DNA of 64,000 bases from Octopus sinensis (taxonomy: Eukaryota). The stretch lies in contig NC_043022.1 in NCBI RefSeq assembly GCF_006345805.1, positions 8,804,001 through 8,868,000 of the forward strand. Reading direction: 5' to 3'. The position numbers were made by a program, and so were the translations under genes. The notes beneath the pieces were generated by a model. That model was not told the origin of the DNA. It saw nothing but the letters and a program-made list of their open reading frames with translations, and did no database searches. This document shows positions 40,208-53,398 of this stretch, piece after piece; positions within the stretch are counted from its first letter, which is position 1; each line of letters begins with the position of its first letter.

Positions 40208-41229
40208 TCTTCTTCGGTTTCCATCTACTAAATCCACTCGCAAGGTGTCACACTGTGGGACTGAACCCAGAACCATGTGACTGGGAAGCAAACTTCTTAC
40301 TTCAGTAACATAAAAACTTTTATTCCATAAGTCCCAAGTTATTCTGGCAGTTGAAAACAAATCAGGAGTATGTATCATATATAATACATGGATGCCAGGA
40401 AAATATGTCCCATGTATCACATGTGGCACACAGCATAAGCAAAGGGTTAAGTCGACGACTATGAGTGTCCTCTGTAACACTGTGTCAGTGTGGAAACAAA
40501 AATCGATATTTTAACGATGGAAAAAAAATAATAGTTTCATTTTGTTTTTTGATGTGTTTGATGGTGTGAGACTTCTTAGTAACCAGTTGCAATAGATTCT
40601 ATATATTCACACCCAGAACCACCAAGTGGTGGAGTGAACTTCTTACTAAGTCACACGATGTAAATATAATGTGACATTTTAATGGGGATATTTATTATAT
40701 AAATGACTCAAAACTTTTATACAGAATCCTCGCAAGTTTTAGAACTTCAAGTAATGTCTGTTCAAGTTTCTGTTTCCAAGAAAGAATTATTCTAATATAT
40801 ATCTAAAGTACCAAGAACAAAACAAAACAAAACAAGGCAAAACAAACAAAAAACAAACGAATGAAAAGCCACCTAAATAATTTATTTGCCATTATCTACT
40901 TATCTATTATTACTAATTGATTAATTAATTTTCATTTATCTATCAATTATTTATTTTTTTGTTTATTTGGTAAATAGTGTTGTTGTTGTTGTTGGTGTTG
41001 GTGATGTTGTAAGAGATGGATGTGGTGGTGGTGGTGAAGGCAACAGTGGTATAGTGGTGGTGTTATTTCTTTTCTTTAATCTAACATTACCAAAAAAAAA
41101 CAAAATAAATAAATAAATACAAAGTTAAAAAAATAAATAAATGTGATTTATATCCCATTGAAGTCTGAGAAATTGCTGCATTTCTGGTCACTAAGTTTTC
41201 TACATCATTAAGTTCACTATGTATATGTA

Positions 41230-41263
<34 letters not shown>

Positions 41264-42624
41264 TATATTTATATATATATATATATATATATATCTTCAT
41301 ACACAAATACATATATATTATACATACACACTCACATCCATCTATCCATACATACACACATACATACATATATACATGCATACATACATACATATAGTAT
41401 AGCATGAGATAAAGCAACAATGAAATGTGATAGATAACACAACAAAAACCACATATATAATACAATAAGGAAGCAAAAAGTAAAATAAAAACATTGAAAA
41501 GAGGGGGAGGGAGGACCAGACTGTAAAAAATTAGAAAGTATAATAAAAAAATGATTCACCATTAAAAAAATATTTTTAAAAAATATTTCCCTTATACTTC
41601 AAAATCTATTGTTGATATTGTGTGTTTCTCTTCATCTTTGCTGTCTTTATTGGCCTTTTTTGTTGTGTTGTTGTTTTATTTTATTTATTTAATTATGTAT
41701 TTCTTATTAGTTATTTTTTTTTTAAAGTAAATTGCTGTTAACTGATATATTATAGAGAATTGATTTGTAAAGGCAATTACTACTCGATTGGATTTGCTTT
41801 CTCATCGGAAAGAAAATAAGGAGAAAAAAAAATCGAAAATATATCTTTGATAAACCCGAAAATGTTTACTAAGATTGTTGGCCTGATATAATAATATTTA
41901 CTAAAGTTGATTCATTTGAGAAATAAAATCAACATAATAATCAACCCAAATGAATGTTATAAATAATATATGTACATGTATGTACAGAACACACATGTAT
42001 GTAAGGGCAAATATAAATAAGCAAATGATGTATGCATGCATATGTATATACATACACACACATACATATATGAATGTATTAGATAATTTATATAATTATA
42101 TATTAACATATATATAAATAACTAACTATATACATAATACGTAGTAATATATCTATAAATATATATTGTATATTACATATACAACTCTGTATGTGTATGT
42201 GTAGTTCAATGCCTGTTGCTTTGCTGATGGCGAAAAGGCAAAGCTTTACATTTTAAATTGTTTGTCTATTTAAAATGCTACCTTTGATATAAAATATATT
42301 AAATTTAAATACAAAGAGTCTTTGAAAGAATTAATGTTAACTTTACTTCTATTTATGCCAAACTTACCATTAACTCTGAATGAGAGACCTTTCCGTGTAT
42401 GCATCAATAACCAACCAAGTCATTGAGTTATAAGGACTACTGGTAGAAAATTGTCAAACGTTTCTACCAAGGATTAATAATTTACCTCCAAGAAGTTGCT
42501 CATTGTTCATTACATCTTGAAGCATGCAGTTCAAAGCTTTTAGAAGGTATTGGTGACACATTGGGGATTTGTGCCATACAAATAGCTGAGTGTTGTACAG
42601 GAGATGACCAGATGCATATTACTC

Positions 42625-43310
42625 TTTACTTGTTTCAGTCATTTGACTGCGGCCATGCTGGAGCACCGCCTTTAATCGAGCAACTCGACCCTGGGACTTA
42701 TTCTTTTGTAAGCCCAGTACTTATTCTATCAGTCTCTTTTGCCGAACCGCTAAGTAACGGGGACATAAACACACCAGCATCGGTTGTCAAGCAATGCTAG
42801 GGGGACAAATACACACACATATATATATATATCATCATCATCATCATCATCGTCTAGCGTCCGTTTTCCATGCTAGCATGGGTTGGACGGTTCTACTGGG
42901 GTCTGTGAAGCCAGAAGGCTTCATCAGGCCCAGTCAAATCTGGCAGTGTTTCTACGGCTGGATGCCCTTCCTAACGCCAACCACTCCGTGAGTGTAGTGG
43001 GTGCTTTTTACGTGCTACCCGCATAGGTGCCAGACAGAGCTGGCAAACGGCCACGAACGGATGGTGCTTTTTATGTGCCACCGGCACGGGGGCCAGGCGA
43101 GGCTGGCAACGGACACGAACGGATATATATATATATATATATGTACGACGGGCTTCTTTCAGTTTCCGTCTACCAAATCCCCTCACAAGGCTTTGGTCGG
43201 CCCGAAGCTATAGTAGAAGACACTTGCCCAAGGTGCCACGCAGTGGGACTGAACCTGGAACCATGTGGTTGGTAAACAAGCTACTTACCACACAGCCACT
43301 CCTGCGCCTA
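42625..43310 (-). mobile_element. SINE family A with RTE-tail SINE nested in its linker (42832-43125)
   Basis: The family A halves at 42625-42810 and 43140-43310 flank a catcat..gcgtccgttttccatgctagc element. Confidence 0.9.
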
Positions 43311-43399
43311 TAATGGAGAATTTGAAAAATCTCCAGTATGATTTAGATTATCCAAGTTACCTGCAAGTCTAATTATTTAATTATCTCACCTTGCAGATT

Positions 43400-44130
43400 T
43401 GCATCACTGATGTCAAGACTCAGTCATTCTTGTTCTCTTTCTAGCAAGATTGTAGAATGACTTGCACCTTTGGACATGTATTTATACAGGCATTTGACAG
43501 TTTTATATAGGACACTTGCAACCCATTCAGCGTTGATGTGGTCTTCATATTTTTGAAGTAGCCAAATGCTGTAGGGAGTTACATATTGATTATCTACTAT
43601 GTTTCCAACTAACACTTTAACAGTGCAACCTCCTTCAATAGGACTTCATCACTACTGCTGTGAATAACAGTTGTCACCATTTATCATTGATAAAGGAAAC
43701 TCATAGAGTTAATTCTTGCTGCAACATCCACTTAGCAAGTAAGCTGAACTTGCATTCTATTCTCTCTCTACATGGTCCATGAATTATGTGTTTTTTACCA
43801 AACCATAAAGACCAATTGTGTATACATTATTTGTATCAGATAATTCAGCAGTGACAACTTTGTTGATTCCTTGCCATTTTTGTGCCAACATTGTTGTGGT
43901 TGATTTTCAATTATAAAAAGAAAATGGCAATGAGTTAAGCCTCTTTTCTGGAATTCAGTTCTGTTCACATGGACTGTTAGGTTTCCCAAAATGTCAGATT
44001 TGAAATATTGTAGAGGTTGCTGCTACTTCAGTTTAAAAACTCGTGCAGTTATATCATGTTTATCTCTTATGCTTTTGACCTTCATTGGTGTCTGTTGTAA
44101 TTTCTTCCCAATTGCCACCTTTTCATAGAC
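43400..44130 (-). mobile_element. Helitron Rep (HUH endonuclease) fragment, degenerate
   Basis: DITARVFKLK*..ILGNLTVHVNRTEFQKRGLTHCHFL (Rep motif EFQKRG.PH.H), HIIHGPC, and VDNQYVTPYSIWLLQKYEDHINAEW..VKCLYKYMSKG. Confidence 0.92.
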
Positions 44131-44804
44131 TTGACTCAATACATTCATCTTTCCTTTTCCTATCAGCTCTCACTTTGCTATATCTTCCCATCAAAAGTAA
44201 GCACCAAACCTCTGCAATTCTTATTCTGCCCACATTTTCTCCACTCTTAAGGTATTTGTCAACCTAAGATACAAGATGCTTGCTCAGTTTGAAAAAGTTC
44301 TAGTAGACAATGGTTACCCACCAAATGCTAGTATGTCAATTTATCTCACATGGAAGGTTCACACCTCCAGAGATAGAACCATTGCTGAAAATCATCAAAT
44401 TATCTCTGAAAAGCTGAGTTTAAATTCCGCTGTGGTTGACTTTGCCTTTCATCTTTTCGGGGTCGATAAATTAAGTACCAGTTACCCACTGGGGTTGATG
44501 TAATCGACTTAATGCATTTGTTTGCCCTTGTTTGACCCCTCTGTGTTTAGCCCCTTGTGGGTAGTAAAGAAATAGGTATGTAATGGTGCCTCGTTGTGAA
44601 AGTTCCTGTCAAAGGATTGTTCAGTAGACATCGACAAAATGTTCACACTAGTAAACTACTCTATCAGCAATGGAGATATATACTTGAAGGTTTACAGACC
44701 AGACTTGGATGAAATACTGCAACTTTGCCACATTTACCACCATACATACACTATATAATGTTAATAATATATATTGAGTTTTCAGATGAATTATAAATAT
44801 AAAG

Positions 44805-46346
44805 AGATTTTACATTATTTGTATACATACCTTCAGCTGGATGTTGTGAGTTGTTTCAGAAGTGGAAGAACTTGTGATACTGATGAGGGGAAATAACCAC
44901 AAAATATCACTATCTGTTGCTCTTGTTCACTTCTGAGACAATTGAGTGTCACCTAGCTTTAAAATATACTGAGTTTTTTAACTTGATAGGTATTTAAAGG
45001 GGTCATCTCCGTTGGATGAAATACTGCAGTTTTGCCACATTTACTCTCAAGTGGTGAGAGATGAGAGCAAGCAAAAGTGAGACACATATTGAAGTAGTGT
45101 TGTTTGAATAAAGCATTGTGAGATAGAGTTAAACAACTCTATAAGCATTGGTTGTACATGCTTCTGCTTCATGCTCTTGTTTGATGAAGCTGAGTTTATC
45201 CCAGGTTGGTGATCCCAGATGCGTCATTGTGCATAGTGCCAATCAGCTCCACTGGTGCTCCCCATTGCTGGTAGTCCAATGCTACCCCTCTGCATCATCC
45301 AAAATGATGTCAAGCCTCTGGAAATCTTCCTTGTGCATGCCTGGGAAAATACTAGTCTTCTTCAAAATATGTACTAAATAGTCTGAAAAAAATGACAGAT
45401 TCTACATTGGAAGCACCATCTGGAAACTGAATATCTGCATTGAGGAACACATCCACACAAATACTTCTGTTAAGGAACATGTAGATAAATGATGCTTCCA
45501 ATACATCACAATTATCGTCAAGGCTATGGAATAGAACATTAGTAATTTGAGAATTAAGGCACTTATCCTTATTAATAAAGTGAATTCAACTATTAATGAT
45601 ATACATAAACCTCACAAAATGGATAAGTAGGATAAAAATGGTTTCACATTTTGGCACAAGGCCAGTCGTTTTGGAGAGAAGGTTTGTCAACTATATTCTT
45701 CCCAGTGCTCAGCTGCTAATTTTACCAAAGATGAAAGAATGATTAGCTATAATAATAATACCAGAGTTCACATGTTGCAAAACTTCACCATCATGCATAT
45801 CTGTGCAGAAAATATAAGTTCATCATCATCATCCATTTTCTCTTTACAAAGGAGTTTTAACCTTGAATTACTCAAATATAAAATGAAATGTTAACCCTTC
45901 CTTTGCCTCTTTCATTTCTGTTTGTGTTCATTTATTTCTGATTGATATTGTATTGGCTTTTTGCAAACAACTTTAACAGCTCTGTCTCACAATGCTTTAT
46001 TCAAACAACACTACTTGAATATGTGTATCTCACATTCACTTTCTCTTTTGTCTCTCACCGCTTTCTCTTTATATATATTTATTTCATACTTAGTGTATGT
46101 ATAGTAGTAAATGTGGCAAAGCTGCAGTATTTCATCCAAGGGAGATGACCCCTTTAAAGACCTATCAAGTTAAAAAACTCAGTATATTTTAAAGCTAGGT
46201 GACACTCAATTGCCTCAGAAGTGAACAAGAGCAACAGATAGTGATATTTTGTGGTTATTTCCCCTCATCAGTATCACAAGCTCTTCCACTTCTGAAGCAA
46301 CTCACAACATCCAGCTGAAGGCATGTATACAAATAATGTAAAATCT
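44805..46346. mobile_element. Long-inverted-repeat (foldback) element, ~325/365-bp arms around ~850-bp spacer
   Basis: 44805-45128 is the reverse complement of 45980-46346, and the outer ~230 bp are very similar. Confidence 0.8.
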
Positions 46347-46348
46347 AT

Positions 46349-46556
46349 TTGCTGATGCACTAAAGCATCGTTCAATGAAGACAAAATTCAAATTTCGTGT
46401 TTGAAGCAGTTTAATAATGTAAACATTATCAATATCACATATTTAATGTATGTGCTTTAGCAAAGGCCACAAAACTACGGTATTTTGTCTAACAGAGGTT
46501 CTTTTAAAGATGTTTAGCATTAAAAAACACCAAACAGATTTCTCTGATAACCCAAT

Positions 46557-46560
<4 letters not shown>
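46349..46560. mobile_element. Truncated mariner/Tc1-like MITE end
   Basis: It ends ...cagatttctctgataacccaataTA (reverse complement tattgggttatcagagaaatc), resembling mariner TIRs with a TA target. The other end was not found. Confidence 0.45.
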
Positions 46561-46643
<83 letters not shown>

Positions 46644-47910
46644 ATGCTGGTGCATCTCAGTCAACATGGTCAGTATATCCTGTTATCTTGCTACATATGT
46701 ATACGCACACACACATACACACACAAACACACACACACACACACATATATGTCTGTATGTATTATTAGGTAGTCAGATAAATTCATTCATTTTTTTTCTC
46801 TACTTTGCGCTTCATTGTCTGTGAAAAGATGAAATTTATTTGTATTTCAAAAATAATGCTGGACTTTGGCATATGGAAAAAGGGATGTTAAATGATGACG
46901 ACGATGACGATGATGATGGTAAACAAAAGTTGTAAAGGAAGAATAGAACTACAAAAAAAAAAACATAGAACACTATGATATAATATATTTCATGTTAATT
47001 CAAATAACAATGGAAAGGGTAAAAATAAATAGAGAAAATTGAACAAATTTATCTGGCAACCCAATGTGTGTGTGTGTATTTGTTTGTTTGTGTATGTTTT
47101 TGTAAGTATACACATATATGCAGTATAATCCATTGCATATCATATTGTTGAAAGAAAAACAAATTCAAAGTGCTGCTTGCTGTTTGCTACTTAAGAACAT
47201 TAATCCTACTATCAGAGAATGAACCTCTGCCATGTAGAGGCCATAAAGCTCATTAGCTTGGTCAGTCTGACTTTGCTCTTTGTGACTTTGTGATAGATTT
47301 TTCTTTCCTTATAGTTCACTTATAAATAAATCGATTTACTTGTTTAATTCTCCTGTTTTCTCTCTCTAAAAGTTAGATTTGAAAATTTAAACAAATAATT
47401 CTGATTTTTTCCCCCACTTTTTTATTTTGTATCTGTCATTAGACAGAGTAGAGAATGAGTGTAAGAAACCCTACAGAATTTAAATGACAGCACTTAAATG
47501 ACAGGCTTAAATATTGAATAAATATCGATTAAATTTTGAACAATTTGTTTATTGATATATCTTATTTATTTTTCATCTTTATTTATCTATTTCTCAAATT
47601 TGTGAATCAAGAAATGCTAGTTTTCTTTACTTAAAATGTTGGAATGAATGTTTATGCACACACACACATATATATATGTATATAGTTACATAGTGTGCAT
47701 GTGCATATGTGTGTATGTGTGGTGTGTGTGTATGTATGTATATATACTGTATATAGTAGCAGGTGTGGCTGTTTGCTTCAGCAGCATGCTTCCCAACCAT
47801 GGGGTCTTCATTTCTGTCTCACTGTGTGGCACCTTGAAAAGGGTCTTTTGTGATTTCTCCAGCCAACCAAAGCCTTGTGAGAAGATTTAGTAGATTGAAA
47901 CTGACAGAAG

Positions 47911-47944
<34 letters not shown>

Positions 47945-49483
47945 ATGCATGTGTGTGTGCATGCATGTGTGTGTGTGTGCATGCATGTGTGTGTGTGGAC
48001 AAATATGTTTGTGTGTACATCATCCAGACATCACGTGATGGTTGTAAATGAGTGTCATCATCATACCAGTAAGGTATTTCCAGTCTTTCTTGATAAAACA
48101 TGTCTAACAATGGAAAAATATTATCTTGTTTTGAAACAAGCAAGTGTTGGCGCCATGGAGGGCATCTGTCTGTAGAAAATCTGCCTTAGCTAATTTCATG
48201 TGACCCATGCAAACATGGAAAGCTGAACGTTAAAGAATGATGATGATGTATGTTTATGCTATATCTCTCTATATATAATCATCATCATCACCATTATCAT
48301 TTAGTGTCTGCTTTCCATGCTGACACGGGTTAGTTAGTTTGACTGGAACTGGTAAGCTGGAGAGCTGCACCTGGTTCCAATCTGATTTAGCATGGTTTCT
48401 ATGGCTGGATGCCCTTCCTAACACTAACTACTCCAAGAGTGTAATGGGTGCATTTTCCTGCCAGTTATGTGAAACCAGCATTGGCCACAACTACGACTTC
48501 ACTTGGCTTGATGAGTCTTCACAAGCACAGAATATTGCCAAAGGTCTCAGTCACTTATCACTTCCACGAAGGCCAATGTTTGAAGGGTGCTTTTTACATA
48601 CCACCAGCACAAGTGCCTGTTATGTGACACCAGCATTAGCCCGACTTCTGTTAATTGGTTAGCAGACTTCATATTATTTGCATTGACTCTATGCAATCTT
48701 ATGTCAGATCCTACTGAAGTTAAATTTATTTTTATCCTTCCAGGATTGATAGAAGCAGTACCAGTCCTGGACAGTGGATTGGCATAACTGTTAGAGGTGG
48801 GGAGTTCCTTTCAGAATTTGTTCTTGATCTTTACATTTTGGCATTAGTACCATGTATGTGGCTCTTTCCTTGAAAAAAAAAAAAAAACCAGTAGTAGCAT
48901 GGGGAGAAATGGCTTGCATACCTAACTCAAAAAATCTACAGGGTCAATTTAGACAAAATAACTGTTTACTTCCCCCTTATTATTTTTTATTTTTGTTTCA
49001 TTAATATTTTTAGATATAATATTTTAATTTAATAAGTTTAAGTGTTGTAAGTTTCACACACTCACACACATATATGAAAGGTTTTTTTTTCAGTTTCTAG
49101 CAACGAAATCGACTCACAAGACTTTGGTTGGCCAAGGGCTATAATAGAAGACAGTTGCTCAAGGTGCCATGAAGTGAAACTGAACACAAAATCACATGAT
49201 TGAAAAGCTTGCAAATGTGTGTGTGTTTGTATGTGTATTTGTATATATTTATGTGTCTTGGTTTCTCCTAATTCCTCAGATAAAAACAAAATCCAAGTTT
49301 GACGTACTCTAAGCAACCATGTATTGTTGTTCATATTTTGCCTAAAACAACTGAGCTTATTTCTCTGGAAATTTTGTTTACATTCAAAACTTCCTCTTGG
49401 TTTAATTACCTCAGAGATTAAGAAATTAATGAATTAATGAACCACCTTTTGCACGCGTGTGCTCACACACACACAGACTGTGT

Positions 49484-49531
<48 letters not shown>

Positions 49532-49808
49532 CAATAGCCAGAAAGTGAACAGTAAGAATAATCACAATAAAATCACAACAGCATCAATAATAACAGGATT
49601 TTGCTTTATATGTTTGTTTCTCATTCTTATGAGAAAAGGATTACAGAGCAATTGTAGTAGTTTTTGATCTGAAGATTTAAATGGCTTGTAAGAAGACCTC
49701 TACTGGCTAAAATATTTTGCTGCTTTGACATGCCAGCTTTGGAAAGAGAAGATTAAGCTAAATAATTAGAAAATTAATTGTGCAATATTTGTTTTGTTTT
49801 GCTTTCAG

Positions 49809-49814
49809 GATGAG
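49809..49814 (+). CDS. Candidate 6-nt microexon (GATGAG, Asp-Glu)
   Basis: tttgttttgttttgctttcag|GATGAG|gtattt. It is phase 0-0, compatible with the flanking exon candidates, and has TGC at 49800-49802. Confidence 0.3.
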
Positions 49815-49829
49815 GTATTTTTAAACTCT

Positions 49830-49865
<36 letters not shown>

Positions 49866-49886
49866 CCAATTATATATATATGTATA

Positions 49887-49929
<43 letters not shown>

Positions 49930-50560
49930 TCATAGAAGTATATACATATATAGAGAGATTTATACACACACACATATATAATTGTACATAAAAATATATA
50001 CATATATTTGTATGAACAAACTTAGATACACATAAACGTATATAAACATACATAGAAATACACACACATGCACACATACATATGTGCATGCATGTGTGTA
50101 TATTTGTCTGCATGTATATGCATACATCTGTGTATATATGAGCGTGTGCATGCATGTATGTTTGTATCGATATTCAAAATCTTATTTGTACAAATGGCAA
50201 ACTGAAATACCATAATACTGAAGTGAAATTGATAAACTCTAGACTTTCTTAATACATTTAATTCAGAGAGATAGAAGCTATACAACTGACACACAGAGAT
50301 TATAAGCCAACAACTCCAGTTTTTATTATTACTATTGCTGTTTCTATTGTTATTGTTCTTCCTTCTTTACCTCCTCCCACTACACATTTATAAGGATAAC
50401 ATATATTGCTGTTGTTCATAGTGAATTCCTACTGTCAAATTCTGGTTAATAAAGGCTGCAGAAAAGCAACAACAGCAACACACTTCTTTTCCTTTCCCTT
50501 CTTCATTATTTTTTGGCTTGTTTTGCATGCATTTTGCTAGCTTATTTATTATTTACATTA

Positions 50561-50634
<74 letters not shown>

Positions 50635-50638
50635 TTTA

Positions 50639-50670
<32 letters not shown>

Positions 50671-50704
50671 TACATTATCATCATTATTATTATTATCATT
50701 ATTA

Positions 50705-50756
<52 letters not shown>

Positions 50757-50781
50757 GAAATAAAAAAGGAAAGTAAACAAT

Positions 50782-51580
50782 AGGCGCAGGAGTGGCTGTG
50801 TGGTAAGTAGCTTGCTAACCAACCACATGGTTCCGGGTTCAGTCCCACTGCGTGGCATCTTGGGCAAGTGTCTTCTGCTATAGCCCCGGGCCGACCAATG
50901 CCTTGTGAGTGGATTTGGTAGACGGAAACTGAAAGAAGCCTGTCGTATATATATATACTAGCAGTATCGCCCGGCGTTGCTCAGGTTTGTAAGGGAAATA
51001 ACTATAAAGCATTTTTAGAGAGTTATATCCAAAAAATAGCAAAAAAAATGGAAAAAAAATTATGGTAAATTTTTTTTTAGAGTTAAAAAGGTCGAGTTGC
51101 GCCCCCTAGACAGTCTGTGGTTTGTCTTTCTGATTCTCGACCCCATGTCGAATTTATCGATTTTTTTCAGAACTGGGGGAACTTTTCAAAATTTTCGCTG
51201 CGTTAGTTTTGAATTATGACATTGGGCTATGTGTGTGTCAAGTTTCATCAGAATCGGTTGAAAGCCGTGGCCAGGGTGAGGGTACAACCAAACAGACACA
51301 CAGAAACACACACAGACAAACTGCCGTTTATATAGAGAGAGATATATATATATGCGTGTGTGTGTTTGTGTCTGTCTTTGTCCCCCTAGCATTGCTTGAC
51401 AACCGATGCTGGTGTGTTTACATCCCCGTCTCTTAGCGGTTCGGCAAAAGAGACTGATAGAATAAGTACTGGGCTCACAAAGAATAAGTCCCGGGGTCGA
51501 TTTGCTCGACTAAAGGCGGTGCTCCAGCATGGCCGCAGTCAAATGACTGAAACAAGTAAAAGAGTAAAGAGTAATATCAT
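50782..51580 (+). mobile_element. Bipartite SINE family A interrupted in its linker
   Basis: ggcgcaggagtggctgtgtggtaag head with a gggttcagtcccac B-box-like motif; the tail ends gaaacaagtaaaagagtaaagagtaa. Confidence 0.9.
50957..51343 (+). mobile_element. Non-autonomous Helitron/Helentron-like element
   Basis: It starts actagcagtatcgcccggcgttgctcagg, has aagtttcatcagaatcgg and acagacacacagaaacacacacagac near the end, finishes tttatatagagagagat, and sits in (TA)n. This organisation resembles DINE-1/Lep1-type elements. Confidence 0.65.
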
Positions 51581-51609
51581 CATCATCATTGGTGTTGCTG
51601 TTGTCATTG

Positions 51610-51665
<56 letters not shown>

Positions 51666-51860
51666 ATTATTATTATTGAGGTGGTGAACTGGCAGAATCA
51701 TTACCATGCCGGGCAAAATATTTAGTGACATTTCATCTGTCTTCACATTATGAGTTCAAATCTCACTGAGGTTGACTTTGCCTTTCATCTTTTTGAATTC
51801 GATAAAATAAATACCAGTTGAGTACTGGGGATTGATGTAATCGACTTACCCCACTCTCCT

Positions 51861-52365
51861 GTGCCATATGCCAAAATGTGAAGCCAAGGTGGTATGGTGG
51901 ACCCGTTTGAAAGGGCTAAGGTCAGACACTTTCCTCTTCGGCCAAGGCCTCATCAACTTTTACAAGTTTCACTTGAAAAGGAAGGTGAGAGTAGAGAGGG
52001 AAGTGCTGTCTGATAGCATGTTTACTGAAAGGTGGAAAAATGTCGCAAGAATGGCCAGTATAAATGGACCAATTCTGAGGATACACCTGTAATATAAAAA
52101 GGTATTATAAAAGGAGAAAGGGGCTCTCTACCCCCCTTTTGACCAGGCTCCTGTGGCTTTTATGGGTTTTCCCACGAGTAACCTTTCGAAGTGCCTCCCC
52201 CTATTGGGAATTTCAATTGTTATATTTTCGTTGTTATCTCTGGAATTTTTACCCGTTTTTTTTGCAAACGGACAAAACCCTTTGTAACTTTCATCCTGTG
52301 TTTTGTCCCTTTATGTTTTAATTAATTTTTGTCAGCCCTTGTGGCCAATAAACAAATTAATTATC
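51861..52365 (+). mobile_element. Tx1/L1-like LINE 3' end with 3' UTR
   Basis: AKVVWWTRLKGL..HLKRKVRVERE..FTERW..IHL* resembles Tx1 ORF2 ends. A T-rich UTR and aataaa follow, then (TTA)n. Confidence 0.6.
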
Positions 52366-52622
52366 ATTATTATTATTATTGAGGCAGTGAGCTGGCAGAT
52401 TTGTCACCATACAGGACAAAGTGCTTAGCAGCATTTCTTCTGTTTTTGCATTCTGAATTCAAAATCCACTGAGGTTGACCATGCCTTTCATCCCTTTAAA
52501 GGCCAATAAGATGAGTACCAGTTAAACACTGGGGTTAATTGTAATTGATTCACGCCTTCCACAAAATTACTGCCCTTGTGCCAAAATTTGAAACCATAAT
52601 TATTATTATTATTATTATTATT

Positions 52623-52990
52623 TCTATTGTTTTTCTGAAGGACTCTCAGATAGTTCTTAATTGCCGGTTCTTCTTCAAAGCAGGCAATAACAAATCACCA
52701 AAGGCTTCAAGTGACACAAAGAGACAATAATCTCCTTAGAAAGCGAGCTGTACCCAACAATGCTGTCTTCTGGATCACCTCGAGCCTGACAGCAGCTCCA
52801 ATATTCTCAATATGTATTTCAAAGCCCTTGGAAACTGTTCCTAATGCTCCAATTACCACCGGTATCACCATTACTTTCCTCATGCCCCATAACTTTCCTA
52901 TCTCGTCCCGCAGTGGCTGGTATTTCTCAATCTTTTCTGTTTCCTTACATTTCACCCTTGAATCACCTGGTATTGCAACATCTATTATAC
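52623..52990 (-). mobile_element. Dong/R4-clade (restriction-like endonuclease) retrotransposon 3' end
   Basis: IIDVAIPGDSRVKCKETEKIEKYQPLRDEIGKLWGMRKVMVIPVVIGALGTVSK..IQKTALLGTARFLRRLL. The 3' UTR runs into (TAA)n at 52597-52622. Confidence 0.9.
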
Positions 52991-53009
52991 TCTTTACCCA
53001 TTACTCTTT

Positions 53010-53398
53010 TATTTGTTTCAGTCATTTGACTGTGGCCATGCTGGAGCACCGCCTTTAATCGAGCAACTCGACCCCAGTACTTATTCTTTTGTAAGCCCAG
53101 TATTTAGTCTATCTGTCTGTTTTGCTGAACCGCTAAGTAACGGGGACATAAACACACCAGCATCGGTTGTCAAGCAATGCTAGGGGGACAAACACAGACA
53201 CAAACACACACACGCATATATATATACATATATACAACGGGCTTCTTTCAGTTTCCGTCTACCAAATCCACTCACAAGGCTTTGGTCGGCCCGAGGCTAT
53301 AGTAGAAGACACTTGCTCAAGGTGCCACGCAGTGGGACTGAACCCAGAACCATGTGGTTGGTAAACAAGCTACTTACCACACAGCCACTCCTGCGCCT
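53010..53398 (-). mobile_element. Bipartite SINE family A, young full-length copy
   Basis: Closely matches 42625-43310 without the insert. Confidence 0.9.

Noticed and set aside
41785-41812. Minus-strand CCGATGA
   Set aside because: There is no stem II/GAAA downstream.
42215-42245. gctttg-CTGATGG-CGAAA-..caaagc hairpin
   Set aside because: It lacks stem II and stem III and is likely chance.
44874-44912. gtgata-CTGATGA-gggg..ccac-AAAA-tatcac hammerhead look-alike (mirrored near 46245-46275)
   Set aside because: G12 is absent and there is no stem III or UH cleavage site.
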